Assembly (NCBI RefSeq): GCF_006345805.1
Contig: NW_021832413.1
Coordinates: 1-64,000 of the forward strand
DNA length: 64,000 nt
DNA from: Octopus sinensis
Lineage: Eukaryota
Direction: 5' to 3'
Below the pieces are notes generated by a model, which saw nothing but the letters and a program-made list of their open reading frames with translations, had not been told where the DNA came from and did not search any database. Below, piece after piece: positions 11,246-23,047 of this stretch. How positions within the stretch are numbered: the first letter of the stretch is position 1; each line of letters opens with the position of its first letter. The position numbers and the translations under genes were made by a program.

Positions 11246-11519
11246 ATGGTTTTCTCCTCAAAGAAATTCCTGGAAAAATATGGCTGGAAAGAAGGTTTGT
11301 GTTATAAATTATAAAGGTTCGGGTCTAGGAAAAAACAGTCAAGGGCGAACCGAACTGGTCACCATTAAAAGGAATAGGGGAGGAATGGGGGTATGATTAC
11401 AATTTATAACAATTTAGGTCGGTTATCAAGAAGTACTTGATAAATTGGTAGCCGCACAGTTTATAAGGACCTACCAAAATAAAGAAAACGAAGCCGGAAA
11501 AAGGGCTAAGGCAGAATAA
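11246..11519 (+). CDS. Minimal G-patch domain protein, 74 aa, 3 exons (GPATCH4/PINX1-like N-terminus)
   Basis: Exons 11246-11294, 11317-11390 and 11418-11519 with GT-AG introns of 22 and 27 nt. Spliced product MVFSSKKFLEKYGWKEGSGLGKNSQGRTELVTIKRNRGGMGVGYQEVLDKLVAAQFIRTYQNKENEAGKRAKAE*. Splicing creates the G-patch consensus GWxxGxGLGKxxQG. Confidence 0.85.
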
Positions 11520-12064
11520 TATTTTTTTATAATAAATTTTTTGTTTTCTGAACTTTAAAATGTTGAAAAAATAATATAAAAATAAGGGTTTTTTCTAAGC
11601 TACTTTCAGAAAAAGATTACAGTTTAAATTATTTTTGATAGTAGTCCAATTGAAATAGAGTTCAAATATTTTTTTAAATTTTTTTCCAAGTCCGAAAGTA
11701 GAAGCACCTAGGCTCGGTACACCCAAGGCCTGTGACATAATAATTTATAAAAATAATATAACAATAATAAAATTCGTGTTCAGTTTAAAAACAGTCTAGA
11801 TAAAAAATATAACAATAATGATTAAAATTTAAAGAAATTGATCATTTTAGATTTTAGGGCGCTAAAATACAAGATCGCCAAATCCGGGAACAAATAAATA
11901 AAATTTTGCCATAAGAATATAAAGAATAGAACTTTCTATCAAAAAATAAAGTAAAATTCAATTAATAAAGATAAATGAGAAGATTTGAAATATGCGAAAT
12001 AAACAAATTGAAAGAATAAACTCGCAAATATAACAAAATGATGAAATTTCAGATAATTTATTAA

Positions 12065-12226
12065 TTAAAAGAAACTACATCGCAAAATATTCCTTCTAAT
12101 CCAAATAAATAAAAAAATAAAGATTGACCAAATAATGGCAAATTGTGAAACAGAATTGCGAGCAGATTGTTTCCTTGGAAATTTTGCTCCAGTAGATTTT
12201 TGAGCAGTTTGTTGTGTTCTAGCCAT
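12065..12226 (-). pseudogene. Truncated histone H3 paralogue: N-tail fused in frame to unrelated hydrophobic sequence (53-aa ORF)
   Basis: MARTQQTAQKSTGAKFPRKQSARNSVSQF-AIIWSIFIFLFIWIRRNILRCSFF*. Upstream DNA 12227-12385 aligns with the H3 upstream region 6960-7085. Confidence 0.85.
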
Positions 12227-12517
12227 ATTTTTGTTATTTCAGACAGAACCGATTCAGACAAGTTATTTTTGTTTTATATTATTCCGAATTTTTAAACAAC
12301 GTTATTCCGAAATTTTTTCGAGTAATGCAAAAAAGTATCATTCCGAAATTTTTTTGGTTAATTCACTCATCATTTTTAAAAATAAAAAATTAAATATTTT
12401 TAAAATAATATTTTATTAGCACCATCAAATAATTGTAACTATTGCTTAAATTGATGAATTATTAACAAAATTTGTATGTTCCGGGGGGAAAAATTTATTA
12501 GTTAAGGGAGGCAGTTA

Positions 12518-15500
12518 AAAACTAACTAAGTAGACCTTCGGCATCGCTGCCTTTTCAGTCTCCATCACACACACGCCTCCCTACACACAACCACAAGTTA
12601 AGACTTACCGCCTTACCTGCCATCCAGAAATAATCTTCTCTAGGACCTCAGAGAGGCCTTTGAGGGATGATTCCTGGGCGTCGGAGAGCTCAGTCCGGAA
12701 TCCTAAGCCATAGGCTAGCCTTATGGCTCGTCTTCTTACTTTTTTAAGCACGTCAACATGCTTATCCCTGTCCTCATAGAGGTACCAAGCGGGACGCCAT
12801 AGGTCAAGACGGGTAACACCATGGCGTTAAACACGCGGAACCAGGCACCTCTGCTCAAGCGGAAAGCACGCAACGCACCTAATCGCTGCATTGCACGCAT
12901 TTTCGTACGTGCAATGTGATCATCAAACTTACCGGACGGCTTAAAGAGCACGCCCAAATAAGTCATCCGATCAACTGCAGCGATTGCTGACCCGCTCAGC
13001 AATAACCTAGGAACAAAATTAGTGTAACCCCTCGTCCTTTTACAGACTTTAAGGACACTGCACTTGTCCGCGCACATTCTCAGACCCCTACTCCCACACC
13101 AGTTTGCAAGTCCATCCACAGCAACCTGAAGCCTACGACACGCACACTCCGGTTTCATTGAGTGATCCCAGAGGATAATGTCGTCTGCATAGATTACCAT
13201 TTCAGTACGAGCATTGACTGGCATAGGCGCAGTGGCCATAAACACATTGAATAGTGTCGGACTGAGCACAGAGCCCTGAGGGACTCCGCGAAGGACTGTT
13301 GCGACTTTAGAAAAGACGCCCTGATGCCGCACGACCTGTCTGCGAGATTCAAGAAACCCCGACAGCCAGCGCCTTAGACACGGAGAAACCCCACACGTGG
13401 CAAGGGAACTCCGGAGGCCGTCGTGCCACACCGAGTCGAAGGCCTTTTCAATGTCGAGACTAACTAAAATACCGCATTCCCTTTTCTGGAGGGCGCTCTT
13501 CATACTAGACGACACCTTGTGAAGGCAGTCCCCGCATGAGCGGCCCTCCCTGAAGCCCCATTGGAACTCTCCGCTTCAGTAATTTCGCCTGCATCGTTCC
13601 TTGATATGCCCAGCTGGCAGCGCTTGTCCCACGACAATATCTGCTGGACAGTATCAAAGGACGATGTCTCTACGAACTGACTTCCGTCAGTTCCCGAGAT
13701 GTCATTGAGATGGGCTGAAAGTATTTCAACCACCTCAACCGGGTCCGAAGCGAGGGTTCCATCAGAGCGTTTAAGGCGCACTGACTTAGCCCCCCTTCTC
13801 CCCGACAGGCTCTTCAACTGCTTCCAGAAGTCCGGAAAGCGAGGGTCCACCCTTCGGCAGGCCCTCTCCCACCGCGAACTTTCGAGTTCGCGGATTTCTC
13901 TTCGGATCTCCCTCTGAAGCCGGCTAATCCAGCCACGAAACCAAACACGGTTCTCCTCGTAAATGCATTTGTCCCGTAGTCTGGATAGCCGGCGCTTGAA
14001 CCTAATTTTATTTAAGATCCGGTGAGGGAGCGTGGAATGTGACTGACCCTGCACTGAGTTCTGTTTGAAATTATCTCGCATGTAATCAGTCAGGGCAGCA
14101 TTGATTCCATTATCAAGCGCCTCCAACTCACGTATGTTGGCGCAGGTATTCCCCACCAGAAGTGAGGGCAACCTGCTGGCCATGAAACTCTCCAGGTTAG
14201 CCCAGGAACCCACCCGGAGGTCAAAGTATCCTGGGACCCTTTGAGGAACTGGCTCACGGAGTTCGTGCAATAGAGGCAGATGGTCGCTCCCAATATCGGG
14301 CAATAAAATAGTTTTACTAACCCAATTTAGAAGACCGGGACTGACCAGAGCAAGCCCTAGCCAGTCACGTCCTCCCCTCGTGTCGACGTGGTTTGGCTCG
14401 CTCGAGGTCCGGATTTCCAGCCCGAGTTCTTCAATCAGCGTCTTCAGAGCCAAACCATGCGAGTTGGTTACCCTGAAGCCAAGATCTTGATGCTTGGCAT
14501 TCAGGTCCCCAACAACCATGGCCTTCGGATGCTTTTCAAAGAACTCCCGTACGTGCCAGGAGCACGCCGTAAAGTTCTTCGAGTACATCCCTCCTAGGTA
14601 AAATGTAAGCTCACCTATGCGAATTCTCACTTGGAGGAATTCACATAGGCTACATAAACATAAACCTGAACTTTGTAGGGGAAGGTACGGCTTGTAGAAG
14701 AGGCTAGTTCCCGTGCCACATAATGACCCGTCTTTCCAGGGTATGTGACGACAGTTGTAGCCATCAACTACGTACGGACCCCCCTTATCTTCGTTTCGTT
14801 GACCACCAGAATGTCCGCACTCGTGGTGGCCAACATCCTCTGAACGGCGTCCCTTTTCCCTTCCAGGGAACGCGCGTTCACCGATATGATGTTGAGCATC
14901 ATATCGGTTCTTCGCCAAGGATCTTCTTGGCCTCGGATCTTCTTGGCCTCAAGAGGGCGATTACCCTGCTTGAAGCGTGCAATGGCAGAGGCACTGGGGT
15001 ACTCCTGCTGCAGGTGATCTAGGAGGTCATTATCCTCGAAGTCCCGAGGAACCCCGAGGAGGAGGACACTTACCTTTCTTACCTTACGTTCGATCCTGAC
15101 TAGGCGATGCATGCCAGGACCGAACGGATTTGACTTCTCCAACTCCCCTTTGAAGTTGGAGAAGTCATCCTCCTTCTCCCAACCAAGCAGGAATTGGGTG
15201 GGCTCCCTCTTCAGGACTCTATACAGCTTTGAAGGCTGGATAGAGTCCAAGGTACCTAGGATCTTTACGACCGAGGCCTTCCCACTTGTAGGGAGGACCT
15301 CAAGTCGTGCCACAGCACCAAAGGTAATTCTACCCCCGGCGCCAGTGGTCTTCTTTGGGTGTGCATCCACCTGAGCGGACGCACACCCAGTACCTAAAAC
15401 ATTAGGGGTTGGACGGCCAGCAACACGTTTCGGCTTCCCCACCGTGTGCCAACCGTCCTCGGGGGGAACCTTATTTCCTGCCGGACCCACCGGAGCGGGC

Positions 15501-15997
15501 CCAGGAGACGACACCCTGTTAGCATTAAATGACTTAAGTTGGCTGGGTTTGGCACCACTAGACAAACCGCAAACACGTGGCGAACCAGCATGCTGTGCGG
15601 TTGTCGTGGCTACCAAACAATTAGTACCTGTTGCAGCTGCTGCTCCCCCGACACCAGCCAAAGGGGGAGCAGAGGGAGAAGAGTCTCCAGTGAGTGCTGA
15701 ACCCATCTGGGAGGGTCCAGGCTTCGACCTCCTGCTTTGACCTAAAGAATTAAAAACACCACTAGAATAGCCGGAAGCACGTGGCGGTGAACCACGGCTC
15801 CGGCAGTTCATCGTAGTGGCACACTGAACCGTCTTGTCCTCCGGGGAGTGCGAAGCGGGAACGCCTCCACTTCGACATAGCCTTCTTAGTGCAGACAGTT
15901 GTCTCTTTGTAGCGACGGAAACATTTTTTGTTTTAATGGGAGCTCTTTTTTGTCCTTTTGTGCTAACTTTAGGTGCCATTATCCACAAAATTTGCAA
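12518..15997 (-). mobile_element. Jockey/I-group LINE, internally deleted (ORF1, APE endonuclease, partial RT)
   Basis: ORF1-like low-complexity region plus VLLLGVP; APE motifs ISVNARSL, VVNETK, VGDLNAKH and SDHLP; RT motifs LDIEKAFDSVWHDGL, GVPQGSVLSP and YADD. The C-terminus of ORF1 and the N-terminus of RT are missing. The 3' end is approximate. Confidence 0.92.
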
Positions 15998-16004
15998 GTT
16001 TTGA

Positions 16005-16099
16005 AATTTTTTTAAAAAGTATCATTCCGAATTTTTTGAGAGGAATAATTTGTAATAGTAGATAATTAAAATATTTCTTAATAAAATAAAACAATAAAG
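16005..16099 (+). repeat. Paralogous copy of H3 upstream DNA containing the empty site of the Tigger insertion
   Basis: TGTAATAGTAGA-TA-ATTAAAATATTTCTTAATAAAATAAAACAATAAAG equals the left flank (to 7274) joined to the right flank (from 9212) with a single TA at 16063-16064. Confidence 0.95.
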
Positions 16100-16109
16100 A
16101 ACTTTTGAA

Positions 16110-17130
16110 GAACACTCCAAAATTAACATCGGAATCGGAAGTTAATCCCTTTACATAAACCCGGGAAGGAAAAAGGAAAGCTAAACAGCTTAAGACCAAT
16201 CATACTACTCAACTCACTTGGTAAAATTATATCATTAATTGCTTTGGAAAGAATTAAAGGCCCACTACGTGAATTTATCGGACCCAGCCAAAGTGGGTTT
16301 GTCACTGGAAGATCAACTTCCAATGCTGTTTGGAGCCACAAATGTGTGCTTCGTGTCAAAAATATAAAGAAGAGTACCACATAATGGGAATCGACCTATC
16401 TAAAGCATTTGACTCAATCAGTAGAATTAAGATGATACAAATATTAACGCCACTACTCGACGAAGATTGCATCAGAATAATTCGTTATCTACTCTCCTCC
16501 ACTCAACTATTTATTCAGCTCGGAAACCAGAAATCCAGAGTATTTGAAACAAACAAGGGCACTCCCCAAGGAGACGCCTTATCCCCGGTCTTATTCATCG
16601 TATATCTGGAAGCGACCCTACGAAATGTCAGGAATAACATCCCCAGACATATTACAGACGTCATCTTCGCAGATGACATAGATTTCACGGCAACAGACCG
16701 CCAACTAGAAGGTACTATGGACAAATTGGCCAACACTTTTGAAAAATAATTCCTAAAAATTAACACTGAGAAAACAGAATACACTATAGTCAGGCGATGT
16801 GATCAACGACACGAGAAAAAATGGAGGCATACAAAGAAACTTGGCATTCTCTTAGGAGATACAGAAGACATGATACGAAGAAAATCACTAGCAACTTTCG
16901 CGCTTAAAAGATTAAACAACATATGGTTGAGAGGCAAACAAATTTCTGCGTCTTTAAAAATCAAACTATACAATATGTTCGTAAAACCAGTCTTATTATA
17001 CAACTCCTCCTCTTGGGCACTCACAGTGCAGGAAATGGAAAATCTGAATTCCTTACACAGAATGCAGCTGAAATACATCCTAGGAATCTTTTGGCCAAAA
17101 CGCATATTAAAAAAAACATCTCTACTCCAA
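16110..17130 (+). mobile_element. RTE-like non-LTR reverse transcriptase fragment (stops and frameshifts)
   Basis: LIPLHKPG, LRPIILLN, GIDLSKAFDS, GTPQGDALSP, FADDIDF, KINTEKTE and KPVLLYNSSSW. Confidence 0.9.
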
Positions 17131-17169
17131 TTTGGAACAAAATTTATTATTATTATTTATTTCTAGTCA

Positions 17170-18398
17170 TTAATGCAAATTGAACATTACAAGCTTTAAA
17201 GCATCGAATGGTTGGTTAATGAATTTTAAAAAAAGACATGAACTCAAATTCAAAATCCTTAGCGGCGAAAAAAACTCATGTAATCGTGATGGAATTCAAT
17301 CATTTTTAAAAGTTTTCCATGAAAAAATTGATCAATTTGGAGAAAATAATATCTTTAACATTGATGAAACTTGTCTTTTTATAAAAAAGACCCCAAAAAA
17401 ATCATTCGTACAAAAAAATAAAAAAGCGTCAGGGTCTAAAATAAATAAGGAAAAAATTTCTTTGCTCTTTTGCTGCAGTTATTCAGGCCAAAAATTTGAT
17501 CCTTTAATAATCGGGAAATTTAAAAATCCCAGATGTTTCAGAAATTTTAACTCTGAGGATTATGGTGCTATGTACTCATCTTCCAAAAATGCCTGGATGA
17601 CAAGAGATATTTTTATTTAATGGTTATTCTTAGTGAATGAACGAATGAAAATGGAAAAGAGAAAAATTTTAATAATTCTTGATAACGCTTCGTGTCATGA
17701 AAATAAATCGCTCTCAAATATCGAATTGCTGTTTTTACCCAAAAAAAATACACTCAATTCTTCAACCATTGGATAATTGGATAATCAAAGCTTTTAAAGA
17801 TAATTATTCGAAGGCGTTAATTGAATTTATTTGTTGTATAGATAAAGAAGATTTTTACTGCGACTTACTTAAAAAAATTAATTTACGCCAATCATTGATA
17901 ATAGTATCGAAATCGTGGCAAAATGTATCCTCCGAAATAATTACAAATTGTTGGGATAATACTTTCGGCAATGAAATATTTGTTGTTTCTGATAATCTGA
18001 CGGATGATGTTATATAACAAGTTGTAAACGAAGTGTTGGAAAATACGGAAAGCAGCGATAATGAAGAAAATTTTTACAGTGGTATGCAAAATAAACAGAC
18101 TACGGTCAAAGAAGTAGTAACAAAAGTGAATGAATTGGAAGAATCAGTTCTAGACATAACTCCAATTTTGTTAAATGATTTTTACTGTTTCAGACAAAAT
18201 TTGTTCAGTAGTTTGAAGAAAAATTATAGTTATGGAAAAAGGATCGATGACTATTTTTCAATAAATAATAATATTTAAGACTTTTTTGCATTAATTAAAT
18301 TATTAAATTTACATTGATATTAATTTTTTGACAAAACCTCAGTTTTGGAAAAATCTCAGTTTTTGGAACACTTAGTGTTCCAATTCAAGGTCGGACTG
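17170..18398 (+). mobile_element. 5'-truncated pogo/Tigger-like element (second family), degenerate
   Basis: FKASNGWLMNFKKRH, FNIDET, LDNASCH and LQPLDNWII across frameshifts. Right terminus ...AGGTCGGACTG followed by TA at 18399-18400. Confidence 0.87.
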
Positions 18399-18685
18399 TA
18401 TTACTATTTACCTATATTTTTATTTTGACTTCACAGCTACATTTTGAATTGAATATTCGTCATATTTAATTACAAAATTATTAATTAATCTATTTTATCA
18501 AATTATTATGTAATACTTATTTCAAAATCTTCATCAGGAGAGTGTATCAGTACACTCGACTAAATTATATTCTACTGAGAATTGTAGTTTTCAAAATCAT
18601 TTACAACAGAAAAATTTTAATAAATTTGTAATAATAAATTTTTTTTAATTTCTTAATAAAATTTATTTATTATTTAAGTGCTGAG

Positions 18686-19880
18686 ATGGAAGAAAGTAAT
18701 CATCAAAATAACGGCATTGAAAACATCTTTAACAATGTAAAAATAAATGTATAAACCATAACCAGGATGAAAGCTCTATCGGACATCGGACTCGTTCAAA
18801 AGTCCAAATTAACGAAGGCATGGACGAAATTCTCGATTTACTGAACTATCCGCAAGAACAAGTTTCCAAGTCAAAAACATGGCGCGATCTATTGATTACT
18901 GTCAAAACCACAAAAAGTTTTTCTTAAGTAAAAGTTGTTTAGATTTATCCCTCGAAAGCGAAATTGATCCCTGTTCGGTGGAAGAAGTGAATCGAGTAGA
19001 CTACAACATTGGACGTTTTTCCAGTTGATTTTTAGTTGTTATTATTTTATATTTAATTTTAAATTCAAGTCTAACAATATATATTTTTAGAAGAAGAACT
19101 CAAAATAAACGAGCACCGAAATTCACGTGTTGAAAGAAAAGATCAAATTCAACACTCAGAGCAAAGCCAAATTGTTGAAAATGAGCAATCGTATCTTCTT
19201 AAGGTGCAAATGACAATGGTATGTATCCCTACCAATTAAACTCTCCAGTTTGTTCAATTAGTAGTCCAATTATTCATGGTTAGCACAAACACTCCCGATT
19301 ACAACACAGACATAATGGCTTCTGAATGCCGTTATATTCTGGTTTGCTAAACCTTGACATGCCAGGACACTCTCTCAAAACATTATCCTGTCAATTGTCC
19401 CCAAAGACCACCAAATCTTGATGAAGCCATTAAAATGTTGGATGAAAAGAACATTATCAAACTATTTCCTTCAAAATATGATGAACTATTGTCTGAGGAG
19501 GTACTCGGGAGTCTAAAATGTCCCTCAAAAGGATTTAAAAGTTTCTTTCTGCCAATTTGTATTTCCGAGATTCTAAAACTCGGTTAATGTTCAATCACAT
19601 GGATTTGCTGGCGTCGAGAATGGACGTTTTTCCATTTCCGAGATTATTTATGAGCAAATATCCTGAAATGAACAATCGACGTCGAGTTTTAAGATATGAC
19701 GAATTAAAGTATAGGAAATGTATTTATAACGTTAGCCTGTTTGCATATGGTCTTGTCAGACAGGTGGGTGGAAGTATTTGGATGTGAATCGGAATTATCT
19801 CACATATTTGAGTCCTGCTTATCTCAAATCATATAATCACAGAATTGGTAAAAAAAATTCAAGAAGTATTCATTTTAATG
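18686..19880 (+). other. Possible multi-exon host gene or pseudogene of unknown identity
   Basis: ATG at 18686, coding-like segments separated by short GT..AG stretches (MEESNHQNNGIENIFNN / DESSIGHRTRSKVQINEGMDEILDLL), and ORFs 19354-19587 and 19557-19787. The RTRSK motif faintly recalls GON4L-like proteins. Gene model not resolved. Confidence 0.3.
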
Positions 19881-20338
19881 CAGTCAAGGTTGGTTTAGTA
19901 CAGAGTTTTTAGTTTTTAAAAACATATAAAATTCTGCCTCCGAATATCACGGATTGTCAGCTTCCTAATATTCGTATTCCCGAAGTTGACTGTATTTGGA
20001 GACTAGACTACATTGAAAAACCGAATTGGTTGTTTGTTAGATTTTTGTCTCAATTGTATCCCAATAGGCATATACTGTCATTTCGTTGTTTATTTTTGAA
20101 CATAAACTGAAAACTACTCATCCTAGCAATTTCTCTAGTCATGGAATTTCTAAGTTGTCTAATTTTAAAGAATTTAAACATTACAGGTTTTTGGTAATTT
20201 GTAATAAGAAATGATTGTATAGAGGAAACCCAATACTTGCTTGAATGATCTGATTAGACGAGTAGTCGAAAATATTAATTCCAGTGAAATTCGATATGAG
20301 TGGTGTGTTTGATTTCTTTTTATATCTTTTTTGTGTAA

Positions 20339-21486
20339 TTAAGTTCTGTGAAATTTATTAAATGCTGATTAAAGCTAGAAAAAATAATAGAAGATTCATA
20401 TTCTTCCATTTTTCATGAATTAATACTTACTTATTTAACATTTTGTTTAGCTATTCTATTTTTATATTCAATATATACATCAACGATTCTGTGATCAGTA
20501 CAATCATTTAAAAAAATCAAAGGTCAACAAATACCCTTTCCTAATAAAACAGTGCAGTCCAATTTTGATTTGGAACGGTCTTTAGGCTGAGATATCTCAG
20601 TTTTAGAACACTTTGTAGGATCTCTGCCTAGAATCAATAATTGCTTTTGAATGAAAACTTCGATTTACAACAAAATTTACCTGTGGAAACATATTCCAAA
20701 AGTTTCAGTCTGAAACAACAACTTACGATATTTTTAAAACATTTGATAGTAAAGTTTTCGACATTTTTTTAACAATTACAGCTCAAAAATATTCAGGAGT
20801 TGATTTTGATATTTTGAGTCATACTTCAGACCATTTTGGCACCCTTGATGGGGCTAGTTTCATTGGTGCGAGCCCAAATTAACATGAAACATTTAAATGG
20901 CTGTATGAGAGACTTCTTATCGTTTCAAGAATGATCCCATGTACGTACAGGACTTGAATACAAGTATAATCATATTCCTCCATTTTAGAGTACACTAGGT
21001 GCAAAAAAAACCGTTTTTTAAATACGGCATATTTTGCAAAGATAACCGTGATTTTTCTTTGTCGATATCGAAAGGGATCATTAAATTAACCCTAAATCAA
21101 TTTTGTTATATTTTTTTTGTATTGTGTTATATGTCTAAATTAAACATTTTAATTACACGAGCGCAATAAAAAACCGTTTATTCTGGTGAGTGTGATATTT
21201 TTTACTTTTTTTAGAATTTTAACCCTTGATAAAATTACGAATGCTTGATGTAATAACAAAAGGAAAGATTCTAAGCTTGAATGCGTTAAATTGGACCACT
21301 AAAAAAATATCTGACGAGCTTAATATCCCGCGATCAACTATCGCTGACTTCATCTGAAAATTCATTAAATATGGTACGACTGAAAGAATGAAAAATTCGG
21401 GGAGACCAAAAATTCTTAATAAGGACGATATCCTTATTTTACTCAACCTGGTTAAAGAGGACCTCCAAAAAAAAGCTGATTGCTTA
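20339..21486 (+). repeat. Segmental duplication B, copy 2
   Basis: Near-identical to 4617-5762. Confidence 0.96.
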
Positions 21487-22283
21487 AGGAATGATCTCCG
21501 TAAAATAACCGGAAGAACAGTCGGTAAAAGATCCATCGCAAATTATTTAAGAAGGGAGCAAATATATGCTCGTGTATGTAGAAAAAAACCATTATTGAAC
21601 AAAATAAATAGTGAAAAACGCTATAACATGGCAAAGCATTTCATTACTGTGCCAAACACTGAATGGATGAGGACAATTTTCAGTGACGAATGCAGTTTCG
21701 AAGTTTTTAATATTAAAAAACGGCAATATTGTTTTTGGAAAAACAATACAGGCCTTCAAAAAAGCAACCTTTCGCCTACTGTAAAATTTGGTGGGGAGAA
21801 AGTTATGGTTTGGGGCTGTTTTTCCTATTACGGAATGTGCTCGCTTGCTTTTATACACGGGAATATGAATTCCGCACTTTATATCAACACACTATGTAAC
21901 CATTTATGGGAATCTGCAAAAAAATGGAGCTTAGTGACTTTATTTTCCAACAAGACATGGCACCATGTCATACTTCCAAGATGACTATGCGATTTTTTCA
22001 AGAAAAGAAAGTAAACCTTTTACCATGGGCACGTCAATCACCGGATTTAAATCCGATCGAACATATATGGGCTCATATGAAGAGGGAATTAAACACCTTT
22101 CATCCAAAGAATGTTTCGGAATTGAAAGAAAAATCGAAAATATTTGGAACGAAATACCGATTAGTTTTATAAAAAAAATTAATCGAAAGCATGCTGAATA
22201 GAGCACAAAACCTTTTTAAGGAAAAGGGGGCCATATTGAATACTAACTTTAAATAATCAAAAATAAAACGGTTTTTTATTGCG
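20993..22283 (+). mobile_element. Tc1-like transposon (IR/DR-type ends); transposase 21241-22206 disrupted; outer right end not found
   Basis: TIFSDECSF, VMVWGCF, FQQDMAPCH and WARQSPDLNPIEHIW (DD34E-type motifs). The inner repeat CGCAATAAAAAACCGTTT at 21162-21179 is inverted at ~22265-22283. Premature TGA near 21355 and a frameshift near 21910. Confidence 0.92.
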
Positions 22284-22389
22284 TTTGATTTTTTGTTAGT
22301 TATAATTTGTTAAGTAAAAATGATTACAAGTTCAAATATAAAAATAAAACTAGTGTTAAAAAATGATGAATTATTCAATTCTTTAATAA

Positions 22390-22597
22390 GGTAGCCGAAT
22401 GGTTGAGTGCTCGTAACTAAATCTCTTGGTCACGGGTTCGATTCCCAGAGGCTGCCTGTGCCGGAAGCTCCGATCGGGTTTGACGAGTGACGCCGTCATA
22501 GACATCTCACCATACACGGACTCCGCATGGAACGGATCTCCGGATGGGATGTTGAGCTTCCTAGTCTTCTTCAGCCACACGCCAACATAAAAAAAAA
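22390..22597 (+). mobile_element. Probable tRNA-derived SINE (or tRNA pseudogene with 3' extension)
   Basis: Pol III A box TAGCCGAATGG (22392-22402), B box GGTTCGATTCC (22435-22445), ~140-bp GC-richer body and an A9 tail at 22589-22597. No clean cloverleaf and no TSD found. Confidence 0.55.
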
Positions 22598-23047
22598 CAG
22601 TTAAAAAAGACAAGTATGATTCCAATCATGATTTGAAATTAATCAAACTAACACTAAAGTAATATCAAAAAGGAATTGAATACGTCACATATAATACAAA
22701 AGCTTTTAGTACTGAATTATCCTATGCCAGTAGTTAACAACCAGTCGATCACCTTCGATATGTAAATTGCTAATTAGATTTTTTATTTGATCAAATCTCA
22801 ATACAGGACCCGTTTAACGGATAACCATCTTGCCGATTGCATGAGAATTAGCACTAAGCTCATATGAGCCAGAGAATTACAATTCCAAGAATCCCATCAA
22901 CTTTTAATTATAAGATAAAAATTTTGTTATTAAAATAAACAAGTCGATCGACCAAAAATCACCACTGGCCTATGCGATCATAATAATTGGTTAATACTCA
23001 GTTGGTAATTAACACGTTACTAAAGTAAGGACAACGTTGGTTGACTG

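Noticed and set aside
11725-11742. TGTGACATAATA shared with 48317-48327, suggesting LTR or Ginger ends
   Set aside because: Only about 12 bp match, and no partner terminus or TSD was found.
22385-22456. Functional tRNA gene
   Set aside because: The acceptor and anticodon stems do not pair properly; only the A and B boxes and a short T stem are good.
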